Source: a virus. From it: DNA of 64,000 nt. Position numbers and translations under genes: made by a program. The stretch lies in IMG/VR virus record IMGVR_UViG_3300035698_010970, positions 8,517 to 72,516 of that record, one strand, 5' to 3'. The notes under the pieces are model-generated. The model searched no databases. It was not told where the DNA came from and was given only the letters and a program-made list of their open reading frames with translations. Below, one piece after another: positions 1-7,619 of this stretch (position 1 is the first letter of the stretch; each line of letters starts with the position of its first letter).

Positions 1-241
1 GTGCGATCAGAGTCGCGACCAGGTACTTCGGATCGACGTTGGCTTTTTTGGCAGCCTTGTCCAGAGCAGCTCGAAACTCTTTGCCGTGCGCCATTAGCGC
101 TTTCTCAAAGGTCTTGGAGACATCACTTGCCGCATTGTCCAGCGCTTGCATCTTCTCTTCCCGTGAAGCACGGTCCTCTTGCCCGTTTTCGATGCCTAGA
201 AGGCGAGAGACCCAACCTGCTACTTTGATCTGTGAAGTCAT
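1..241 (-). CDS. Partial CDS running off the window edge; possible lytic transglycosylase (SLT-like) N-terminus
   Basis: Manual translation from ATG at 241: MTSQIKVAGW...FRAALDKAAKKANVDPKYLVATLIA, open to position 1. AAKKANVDPKYLVA resembles the start of SLT domains, but the catalytic Glu region lies outside the window. Confidence 0.45.
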   Translation of the reverse strand, partial: MTSQIKVAGWVSRLLGIENGQEDRASREEKMQALDNAASDVSKTFEKALMAHGKEFRAALDKAAKKANVDPKYLVATLIA

Positions 242-245
242 GAAC

Positions 246-1064
246 TCAAGGGATATCTACGACAATTCTCCCTGGACCTTTGATGGTAAGGGCCGCTCCT
301 GTAGCGGATTTAGTCGAGCTTATCTGACCAGAGCAAACAATAGAGAAACTAGGGTCGGGAAGCACTACATGACCCACCAGTTGCTTTTCAGGGTCTTTTG
401 GCTTAGGGGGCTGCATTGTGACGAGCTTTTCAGCGGTTTCCGTCAGGGGGAGGTTCAGGAGCCCGGTTCTCTTGAGACCTTCGGTGGTGACCTCTCCCAT
501 CATGCCATCGATGGGGCCGACATTGATCCCGTTACGGTGCAGTTGAGCTTGGATGAAGCGCTCTAGAGCCTTGGGTCCTTCCCAGGTTCCCACATCGACT
601 TGGCAAGCGGATGCCAGAGAGGGCCAGGCTTCCTCTCCTCGTCCCAGGCTCAGCAGGTGGTCATACAGGACCTGCCAGGGTCCAAGGTAGTGCATGAGCC
701 CTGCAGTGGACGTTGGCATGGGGTACCGATCCCAGGGGGTGAATCCGCAGGGGATAGCGAGGCCCCACAAGAGAGCCAGCTCTCTCTCCTTGCGGGTTTT
801 CTCTTCGCCCTCATCGTCGATGATCTGCAAGCCGAGGGTGACTTCTCGTCCAGAGGGTTTCATGGACCACTCAGGTTGGCATCCGGTCAAACCCGGATCT
901 TCGGAAACTCGCTCCCAGGACATGTCTACCTTAGGAGTTCCTCCAAACTGGATGCGAACATTCCCTAGCTTGGCAGCGCGAGCTTCCAGCTTTCGCATGG
1001 CTTCGGCCATGTCGGAAGTGATGGCTGCTTGTCGATACTGTATGAGTCGTTCTCGGGAGATCAT
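246..1064 (-). CDS. Peptidoglycan-binding domain protein with a possible degenerate M15-peptidase-like N-terminal domain
   Basis: 272 aa; IQAQLHRNGINVGPIDGMMGEVTTEGLKR matches the PG_binding_1 pattern (Q..L...G...G.iDG..G..T); ATGA overlap with the helicase stop. Confidence 0.6.
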   Translation of the reverse strand: MISRERLIQYRQAAITSDMAEAMRKLEARAAKLGNVRIQFGGTPKVDMSWERVSEDPGLTGCQPEWSMKPSGREVTLGLQIIDDEGEEKTRKERELALLWGLAIPCGFTPWDRYPMPTSTAGLMHYLGPWQVLYDHLLSLGRGEEAWPSLASACQVDVGTWEGPKALERFIQAQLHRNGINVGPIDGMMGEVTTEGLKRTGLLNLPLTETAEKLVTMQPPKPKDPEKQLVGHVVLPDPSFSIVCSGQISSTKSATGAALTIKGPGRIVVDIP

Positions 1065-2719
1065 TTTTTCCGGCTTTTCAAGTAGGCTGTCGCAAGCTGT
1101 TTGATGTGCTCTGGATTAGCCTTTCCAGTGGAAAGAAGCTTAGCGTGAGGGTCACGCACCCCTTCTGCTTGTTGTCGCTTAACTCCTAGCACATCCACCA
1201 TGATCGGATCGGCGCCGTCTCGCGCTATTAGATAGTACGCGAACACAGGCTCGCGTTGTCCGTCCCGAAGCACCCTTCCTACGCATTGCTCAATAGCTTC
1301 AGGGCTCCAATCCAGTTCTCCGATAATGACGTTTGAGGTTACGTGCTGAAGCCCGTCCACTCCGGAGCCTGAACGTAGGGACATTAGAAGGACTTTGGAA
1401 TCCCCTTGCAAGAAGCTCTCTAGATTCCGTTGCTTCTGCACGGGGGTTTCCGATCCAGTGAACAACACCGGGTTGAGGTTCTTCAACTTCTCGCACCAGA
1501 TAGAGTAAACATCTCGGTGCCACCCAAAGACCACCACAGGGCCGGATTGGTCTACGATCATGCGGATAAACTCCGCAACAAAAGGGGCCTTCGCCAGGCC
1601 TGTAATCTGGCGCATCTTGGAGTCGAATTGCCCGGCAGCGGAGAACCTATCCTCTTTTTTAGACTCCTGGCTCAAGATGATTGCTGCCAGCTCAGAAGCC
1701 GCATCCTTAGCTTCGGACAGAGCAGATGAGTCACTATCCACCTCTTCTACGATGCGCGTGATTGGAGGAAGCTCTCGCCCAACGTCTGCCTTCGTTCTGC
1801 GAAGCATGATCCCCGTTTCACGAAGATACATGCCAAAGGCTTTCGGGTCTCCAATCTGGCTCTTGTCAGTGTTGGAGCTTCGGCGGCACCACTCTCGGAG
1901 AAACTCCTCCTTTGTCCCCAGAGCACCCTGAGACAGGATGTTCAACACGTTCCAATACTCGACTCCATAGTTATATATGGGCGTCGCCGAGAGCCCTAGA
2001 AGCCAAGTAGCGGAAGCTGCGATAGTGTCCGCAGCTTCGTATTTGAGGCTGCCCTCTCTTCGTAGCTCTTGACACTCATCAAAAACGACGGTCTTGAAGA
2101 GCTTCGAAAAGACGTCCACCCAACCCGACAACTTGTGGTAGGTGCTAATTACCACAGCGGTGTCATCTTCAAGGCTGTATGGGGCGGTCTTCTTTATGAT
2201 GTGCGTCTTCAGCTCAGGAAGGAACTTCTTTAGTTGCTGTTTCCAGTGTGTCTGCAAGTGCGTAGGAACAACTACCAGAGCGGGCAACGTTCCTTCGAGA
2301 GCTAAGAGAGCTATTGCACTAACGGTTTTCCCAAGCCCCAGATCGTCCGCTAGGAGGAGACCTTTCGTATTGAAGCACAGTTGAGCTGCCTGAGCTTGGT
2401 ATGGCCTTGGAGGCAACGCCATACCGGATATCTTGGGCACCGAATGCCCTTGGAGGATCTGCCAAGTTTTAGTGGCTCTCTGGTCAAACTCCTGAGCCTT
2501 TGTCACGAGAATGTCGGGGTGTGAGACATCCAGCGGGTAGCGCTGCAAGAACCACTCTAGGTCTCTGCAGTTCTCCTCTGTCGCAGACAGGTACAAGACC
2601 TTAGACGCTTTTCGAATCTTCTGGAAGACCTGCTTGGCCCGCATTGCTACATGTGGCTCTAGGTCTAGCTTCCAAGCTTTCTGGCTAGCGACGTACGTCG
2701 CTTTTCCGAAGGACTTCAA
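1061..2719 (-). CDS. SNF2-family (SF2) helicase/ATPase
   Basis: Motifs LADDLGLGKT (I), DECQ (II), LSATP (III), LRRTK, LMSLRSGSGVDGLQ (V), QCVGRVLRDGQ (VI). Likely start is TTG at 2719, overlapping the upstream stop; the ORF track extends it to 2758. Confidence 0.92.
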   Translation of the reverse strand: MKSFGKATYVASQKAWKLDLEPHVAMRAKQVFQKIRKASKVLYLSATEENCRDLEWFLQRYPLDVSHPDILVTKAQEFDQRATKTWQILQGHSVPKISGMALPPRPYQAQAAQLCFNTKGLLLADDLGLGKTVSAIALLALEGTLPALVVVPTHLQTHWKQQLKKFLPELKTHIIKKTAPYSLEDDTAVVISTYHKLSGWVDVFSKLFKTVVFDECQELRREGSLKYEAADTIAASATWLLGLSATPIYNYGVEYWNVLNILSQGALGTKEEFLREWCRRSSNTDKSQIGDPKAFGMYLRETGIMLRRTKADVGRELPPITRIVEEVDSDSSALSEAKDAASELAAIILSQESKKEDRFSAAGQFDSKMRQITGLAKAPFVAEFIRMIVDQSGPVVVFGWHRDVYSIWCEKLKNLNPVLFTGSETPVQKQRNLESFLQGDSKVLLMSLRSGSGVDGLQHVTSNVIIGELDWSPEAIEQCVGRVLRDGQREPVFAYYLIARDGADPIMVDVLGVKRQQAEGVRDPHAKLLSTGKANPEHIKQLATAYLKSRKK

Positions 2720-3078
2720 AACGGGTTTAGATAGATCACCTGCACGGGCTTCTCGCACATTGCCTCCGGCATCCTTCGATGCGCTGTCTTAGTGGTAACC
2801 AAAACCAGCTCCACGATGTCCGGGTGTTGGGCATAGCGATGAAGCTGGCGTGTCACGGAAGTCAGGCTCTCTTGAATCTTCACTTCCAGCCCTAAACCCT
2901 CTCCGAGAAAGAAGTCGATACGATCGGTTCCGGCTAAAAGTCGCTCTCTCTCGTACGGAATTTCAAGCTCATCAAACAATTGAGCCAGACCTTTTTGCAA
3001 GTCTAGTTCGCAAGAGAAAGAAAAAGAACTGTTGAGCACCGCAGTGGTGAGACGTTGACACAAGTCTGGGCCGGTCAT
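2716..3078 (-). CDS. Small PD-(D/E)xK restriction-fold nuclease
   Basis: 120 aa; E..LQ, RIDF...LEVK and downstream QLHRY (QxxxY) motifs; translationally coupled to the SNF2 gene. Confidence 0.75.
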   Translation of the reverse strand: MTGPDLCQRLTTAVLNSSFSFSCELDLQKGLAQLFDELEIPYERERLLAGTDRIDFFLGEGLGLEVKIQESLTSVTRQLHRYAQHPDIVELVLVTTKTAHRRMPEAMCEKPVQVIYLNPF

Positions 3079-3416
3079 GGGCCAACCTTCAAACCGAGCT
3101 TCTTGGCTTCAGCAAGGAGTGCCGCCTTGCGTTTCTCTTTTTTGGCGTTTTGAGCCTTCTGCCACTTGTCGTAAGCCTTCTTTTCGGTGGCATAGCGCCA
3201 GTTGGCTTGCTCCTCAGTTTCGAGGGTCCTTGCCATCGCACAGAAGTAACCGTCATGCCCTTCGATCTCGAACTCCACAGTCGTCATGCCTTGCTCCTCC
3301 ATCTGATCTGCAAGCTTGCGAAGGTCCTCCGGAGAGTACTCAAGGTACGACCCAAAGAGGGGAGTCTCGTGCCGCACGATTTGTGGCTTCTTGATTGCAA
3401 AGATGGGGCGCTTCAT
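3075..3416 (-). CDS. Hypothetical protein with basic C-terminal helix
   Basis: 113 aa; ATGA-type overlaps with both neighbours. Confidence 0.75.
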   Translation of the reverse strand: MKRPIFAIKKPQIVRHETPLFGSYLEYSPEDLRKLADQMEEQGMTTVEFEIEGHDGYFCAMARTLETEEQANWRYATEKKAYDKWQKAQNAKKEKRKAALLAEAKKLGLKVGP

Positions 3417-5014
3417 GGAGCCTTTGTGATGGAGATGGCGCAGGTCAGCAAGGTGGTAGAAACCGAAACAGCCGTTTCAATTGCCGACAGGACAACGGGG
3501 ATAGGATCCAACAGCATTGGATCGTTGCGAAGATTTCGCATCTCCCCTTGTAGTACGTCAAAACCGAACATCTTGTGTTTCTTCACAGAGAGGCTCTCAA
3601 GCTCCTGGAGGACGAGAGGAGCTTCGTACCCGGCATTGGTCACCAAGGCCACCACAGGAGCCCTGAGAGCTTCACACAAGGCTTGCTGAGCAGCTCGGAG
3701 GGTCTCATCACCCGCAGGCACAGTCCAACCTTCGATGGCTTGAGCGAGTCGCCAAGCGGTTGTGCCGGCGCCGAGGCAGACGCCTTCGTTGAGAGCAGCT
3801 CTCACGGCATGTAGGCCGTCTTCGATGCGCCCTTTGCGCTCCTTAGCCACGGCTGGGGTGACGCCTCCTACTCTGAGGACACAGAAACCATCCGTGAGCT
3901 TGGCAATGCGCTCTTGGAGCTTCTCCAGGTCGTGGTTTGAAGTTGTCCGCCCCTTCTCCTCTCGAAGCACCTTGACTCGGTTTTCGATGTTCTCGTAAGC
4001 GTCGTCAAAACAAACGAGTGTAGTCTTGTCTTGCTGGACAGAAACTTGCTGAGCTGATCCGAGCCACCTGGATTCGAAGTTCTTGATTGACATTCCAGCT
4101 TCGGGGTCGAACACCCTGGCTTGAGTGAGCGCGGCAATGTCTTCGAGGTAGACTCGCATCTTCGGAGTGATCTTGCCGGGAGCACGGATTCCACACGAAT
4201 GTAACACGTTTTGCTTCGTGTTCGTGACCATCGTTTTCAACGCGTCACCGTAAATCCCGTGGCTGACAATCAACAGGGGAAGGTTTCCTGGCACCATGGA
4301 TGATGCCTCCAAGATGGGCACGATCTCCTCGAACTTAGTCAGTGTTGTGGCTACCACAGCAACGAGGCACACGTCTTTCGCCCAGGCTTCTCCCTCCGTG
4401 AAGTCGGAAGTTTCCCAGCCTTGATTCAGTTCCATGCCGTGCTTAGGCAGCACTTCGACCCCGAGACCTTTGCCATCTTCGACCACGACCATGCCGTGTT
4501 TTCCAACTTGCAAGCAAGCATCTGCGAGAGCCTTGGCAACTTCTCGATCAGATTTGGTCGTGTGGAGAGCGATGTCTTCGAGCATTTCCCGTTGGGTAAC
4601 GTGAATCGTCGTCAACCACTGGTCTTTTCGTTCCATGTAGTGTTCGAGAATGCCTCGAACACATTGCACGAATTCTTGAGGATCGTAGCCCGCTGTCAAG
4701 TACTTGTGTCCGGACTCCAGGAGTTTGCCGGCGATGAGTGCGGTCGTTGAAGTGCCGTCTCCTGCATCTCGGCCGACTTTGAGGCAGGCATCCTGCAAAA
4801 CCGAAGCACCCAACCTCTCGATAGGGTCTTGGGGGCAAACTTCCAGAGCCACGGCTACTCCGTCTCGCGTTGACAGGATTCCAGCCTGACGGTCGAGCAT
4901 GACCGTGCGTCCTTGGGGGCCATAGGTTACGCGGACAGCCTTCACCAGTTGAAGGGCTCCCCGAACCATTGCTGCTCGATCCCCCGAGACTTGTACTGGT
5001 TTAGGTTTTCTCAT
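3413..5014 (-). CDS. groEL: Phage-encoded GroEL-like chaperonin (Cpn60)
   Basis: 533 aa; TYGPQGRTV, TRDGVAVA, AGDGTSTT, LQERIAKL, RIEDGLHAVRAA, LDP..V...AIETAVSV motifs; divergent, with no GGM tail. Confidence 0.95.
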   Translation of the reverse strand: MRKPKPVQVSGDRAAMVRGALQLVKAVRVTYGPQGRTVMLDRQAGILSTRDGVAVALEVCPQDPIERLGASVLQDACLKVGRDAGDGTSTTALIAGKLLESGHKYLTAGYDPQEFVQCVRGILEHYMERKDQWLTTIHVTQREMLEDIALHTTKSDREVAKALADACLQVGKHGMVVVEDGKGLGVEVLPKHGMELNQGWETSDFTEGEAWAKDVCLVAVVATTLTKFEEIVPILEASSMVPGNLPLLIVSHGIYGDALKTMVTNTKQNVLHSCGIRAPGKITPKMRVYLEDIAALTQARVFDPEAGMSIKNFESRWLGSAQQVSVQQDKTTLVCFDDAYENIENRVKVLREEKGRTTSNHDLEKLQERIAKLTDGFCVLRVGGVTPAVAKERKGRIEDGLHAVRAALNEGVCLGAGTTAWRLAQAIEGWTVPAGDETLRAAQQALCEALRAPVVALVTNAGYEAPLVLQELESLSVKKHKMFGFDVLQGEMRNLRNDPMLLDPIPVVLSAIETAVSVSTTLLTCAISITKAP

Positions 5015-5310
5015 GGGATGAGAACCAACGTGGCCTTCTTATCAGAAAAACCGGAACCCGAGCCATTGCCAAAGCCAGAGCCATAGCCGTCGCCACGGCC
5101 AGTGCCAAAACCATAGCCATTGCCATTGCCAGAGCCATTGCCAAAGCCACGGCCAGAGCCAATGCCAAGGCCACGGCCAGAGCCCTGGCCATCGCCTTCG
5201 CCACGGCCATCGCCAAAACCATAGCCATAGCCAGAGCCATAGCCACCGCCAAAGCCAATGCCAACGCCGAGTCCACGTTTCTCAACTCGATCTGGGTCGA
5301 AGATTCTCAT
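5011..5310 (-). CDS. Gly-rich small protein, paralogue 3 (MRIFDPDRVEK...KATLVLIP)
   Basis: Internal ATG at 5310 of track ORF 5011..5598; termini match the two upstream paralogues; stop overlaps the groEL ATG. Confidence 0.75.
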   Translation of the reverse strand: MRIFDPDRVEKRGLGVGIGFGGGYGSGYGYGFGDGRGEGDGQGSGRGLGIGSGRGFGNGSGNGNGYGFGTGRGDGYGSGFGNGSGSGFSDKKATLVLIP

Positions 5311-5320
5311 AGTGTGTGAG

Positions 5321-5598
5321 CTATGCCGGAGTTTGGCCTTTGAGCAAATAGCAGGCATCCGTGTCTCCTTCGCAGGCCTTCTTCGCGAGAAATTTTTCCA
5401 GCTTGGCAACACACACTTCAGCTTCGGAAGGAGCCAACGGTTGCTGCCATCTCGGGTATTTTGCTTTTGCCGACGGACAGTATCGAGATTCTGGACAAGC
5501 TGGCTCTTCGCGTCCGTGTAGCTTGCCTCGGGATTAACTCTCTGAACGTACCGATCAATGGCGTGTGTGGTGAAGGTGAACTCCTGAACGTTGGCCAC
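5321..5598 (-). pseudogene. Hypothetical protein with FTTHAIDRYVQRV N-terminus (RelE/DUF4258-like); apparently frameshifted, reading in frame into the Gly-rich gene
   Basis: GTG start with GAGAGGGA RBS. The -1 frame gives VAKLEKFLAKKACEGDTDACYLLKGQTPA* ending at TAG 5321-5323, 10 nt before the next ATG. Confidence 0.4.
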
Positions 5599-5619
5599 TA
5601 TGTCCCTCTCGTTGGAAGT

Positions 5620-5811
5620 TTAGGGTACGAAAACAAGGGTGGGCTTCTCTCCCTTGGGTTTACCATGGGAGAGAACTTGGATGCTAAGAATTCGGGTATC
5701 TGGGTCTACACGAAAATCGTATTCAGAGCCCGCACCAGCCTCACCATGGCCAGAGCCAGAGCCAGAGCCACAGGTCCACTTCTCAACTCGATCTGGATCG
5801 TAGATCCTCAT
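5620..5811 (-). CDS. Gly-rich small protein, paralogue 2 (MRIYDPDRVEK...KPTLVFVP)
   Basis: 63 aa; first 31 nt are 28/31 identical to the start of 5011..5310. Confidence 0.75.
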   Translation of the reverse strand: MRIYDPDRVEKWTCGSGSGSGHGEAGAGSEYDFRVDPDTRILSIQVLSHGKPKGEKPTLVFVP

Positions 5812-6119
5812 GGGATGAACACCATGAGGGGTTTCCTCACGCCACCCACCTCGGAGTCCGAGCTACGACCTTCACCGGAACCACCAGTGCCATAACCATA
5901 GCCAGAGCCATCGCCAAAGCCGTCTCCATAGCCAGCGCCATCGCCATGGCCTTCGCCATCGCCATAGCCATAGCCAGTTCCAAAGCCATAGCCAAAGCCT
6001 TCGCCATGACCCTCTCCAAGGCCCTTGCCCTCTCCATGGCCAGAGCCGTCGCCCGATCCAGATCCAGAACCGTAACCCAAGCTGCCCCTCCAGGCTCGGT
6101 CTTGATCCCAAACCCTCAC
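5808..6119 (-). CDS. Gly-rich small protein, paralogue 1 (MRVWDQDR...KPLMVFIP)
   Basis: 103 aa; (GX)n core with X = Y/S/D/E/H/F; coupled overlaps on both sides. Confidence 0.75.
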   Translation of the reverse strand: MRVWDQDRAWRGSLGYGSGSGSGDGSGHGEGKGLGEGHGEGFGYGFGTGYGYGDGEGHGDGAGYGDGFGDGSGYGYGTGGSGEGRSSDSEVGGVRKPLMVFIP

Positions 6120-6331
6120 AAGGGACGTTCTTCCTCAAGAAACTTCGCTCCGTAGGAATCACAGTCGGCATCTGCCGGGTCTCCGAATGCTAAACACTCA
6201 AGCTCTAGCGCTCGTTCAACCATCCCGCAACGGTTGAGATAGTCCACAAACTGCTTCACGACAGCTTGCTCCTCAAGACTTGCCGGACCTCTAACCCTCT
6301 TGCGGCCTACCAAAATACTCTTGCGGCTCAT
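6116..6331 (-). CDS. Hypothetical protein
   Basis: 71 aa; 4-nt overlaps with both neighbours. Confidence 0.65.
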   Translation of the reverse strand: MSRKSILVGRKRVRGPASLEEQAVVKQFVDYLNRCGMVERALELECLAFGDPADADCDSYGAKFLEEERPL

Positions 6332-7134
6332 CCCGACACGGGGTCCTTGAGGTTGATTTTCAACTCGGAAGCGGTGATGAAGACCTCGTAGCGCTCTCCC
6401 GGCTCGAAAGGGTTGTTGGCCCGAGGAAAGAGCACACGACCGCGCTCCTTCTGCAGGTTGTACGGGTGGGCTCCGTCTTGGCTGTCGAGCGAGATCACCG
6501 CCTCATCATCCGTCACGAGCACGTACACAGGAGTGCCGGGGTGGATGGCTTGGCCGGAAGCCGCGATGAACTTGTCGAAAATCGGGCGAGTCAAGCAAAG
6601 TCGGCGATCCGTGTGGACGGTTGCTGTGACCATACTGGGCTGCGGCAGCGCCGGTTGCGCCGGTTGCGAAACTGCAGGCTTGGAGATGGCCGTGGGGTAG
6701 CCACTCTTGGGTCGGATAGGGTTGGACTGTGTGATCGCCTTGCCTCCTGGGGCAGGGATGTCGACCTCGAAGTCGTGGTTCTGGATGTCGGCAGCGTCAG
6801 GGCCGTAAACGAAGACCGTGACTCCGGCAGGAGTGCGCCCAACACCTGATGTGGAACGTGCCATCTGAAGGCCAGGGAAGTCGTCTCCGTAGCTGTCTTT
6901 GTAGTTGACAGCCCCGTTGTAGTACAGATCCCGTACGTACTCCCCAAGAGAGAGCACCGAGAACCGCAGGTCTGTTCGATGCTTGCGAACCTCAGCAGCA
7001 ATCTCTCCGCTGGAAAAGCAGAGGTTGTTGGCCGAGTAGAAGTCGATGCAGTCCTGAGCTGCATCGCGCCAGTTCTGGCTGTTCTGAATGGAGTCCTTGA
7101 GGGAAGTGCTGGTGGCTTTTGCGAGTGCGTTCAT
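6328..7134 (-). CDS. Two-domain hypothetical protein, C-terminal domain possibly AbrB/MraZ-like
   Basis: 268 aa; Pro-rich linker followed by ATVHTDRRLCL and LQKERGRVLFP, resembling tandem swapped-hairpin motifs. Confidence 0.6.
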   Translation of the reverse strand: MNALAKATSTSLKDSIQNSQNWRDAAQDCIDFYSANNLCFSSGEIAAEVRKHRTDLRFSVLSLGEYVRDLYYNGAVNYKDSYGDDFPGLQMARSTSGVGRTPAGVTVFVYGPDAADIQNHDFEVDIPAPGGKAITQSNPIRPKSGYPTAISKPAVSQPAQPALPQPSMVTATVHTDRRLCLTRPIFDKFIAASGQAIHPGTPVYVLVTDDEAVISLDSQDGAHPYNLQKERGRVLFPRANNPFEPGERYEVFITASELKINLKDPVSG

Positions 7135-7223
7135 GCGAAAATTCCTGAGTGATCGTGGTCCTGAGGATAGATTAGTACTAAGGGTCTACACCAAATAGTG
7201 GTAAGGTAGCCTAATTTTCGAGA

Positions 7224-7463
7224 CTAATTTCCCCCAGTGGGGGTCGTCGATGGGGCCAGTGTCGCCGGCCATAGCGCCTTGCCATGGACCGAGAATCGAT
7301 CATCGGTGGTGGCACGCGTTAGGGTCTCGCGTACCTCGTCGGCTGAGAGTTTGATGCCTACGGCCGCCAGTGCGGTACGCGCCTTCTTCACATCTTTGGG
7401 AAGCCCGGCGGCGAGCGCGACCGCGACGTGGTCCAGAATTAGGCCGTATTCCTGCTTGCTCAT
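7224..7463 (-). CDS. Hypothetical protein
   Basis: 79 aa; begins 7 nt after the repeated promoter-like motif. Confidence 0.65.
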   Translation of the reverse strand: MSKQEYGLILDHVAVALAAGLPKDVKKARTALAAVGIKLSADEVRETLTRATTDDRFSVHGKALWPATLAPSTTPTGGN

Positions 7464-7470
7464 GCCCCCC

Positions 7471-7498
7471 TCTACGCGAACCGAGTCAAAAAATGCAC
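7471..7498 (-). promoter_or_regulatory. Repeated promoter-like motif, class A
   Basis: Minus strand GTGCAT-N16-CGTAGA; same spacing as the copies at 10927 and 12279. Confidence 0.65.
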
Positions 7499-7557
7499 AC
7501 CAGAGTCGGATTTGGCCTCTGCTCTCCCATCAGCAGGCTCCGTAAGAAATGAGGCAT

Positions 7558-7604
7558 CGCGACCAACTAGACCTTCCCATGAAGGTCTTTCTCGCTTGGT
7601 CTCG
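7558..7604. terminator. Stem-loop downstream of the PARP gene (terminator or processing site)
   Basis: Inner stem AGACCTTC-ccat-GAAGGTCT (7569-7588) inside outer arms CGCGACCAA/TTGGTCTCG; no clear U-tract on the coding strand. Confidence 0.4.
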
Positions 7605-7619
7605 AAGGATCAAAGAGTT

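Noticed and set aside
5050-6070. Repetitive GCCA-rich DNA as a possible CRISPR array or DGR repeat
   Set aside because: 6-nt codon periodicity, no constant repeat with unique spacers, and no cas or reverse transcriptase gene in the window.
5001-6171. Ala/Met/Leu-repeat and Trp/Arg-repeat ORFs (5001..5285, 5837..6037, 5872..6171, 5946..6155)
   Set aside because: Alternative-frame translations of the (GGY NNN)n Gly-rich genes; only the Gly frame has conserved termini and coupled starts.
7185-7212. TGTAGA upstream of 7134 as another class A promoter
   Set aside because: The -35 hexamer at 16-nt spacing (AGGCTA) does not match; too weak to call.
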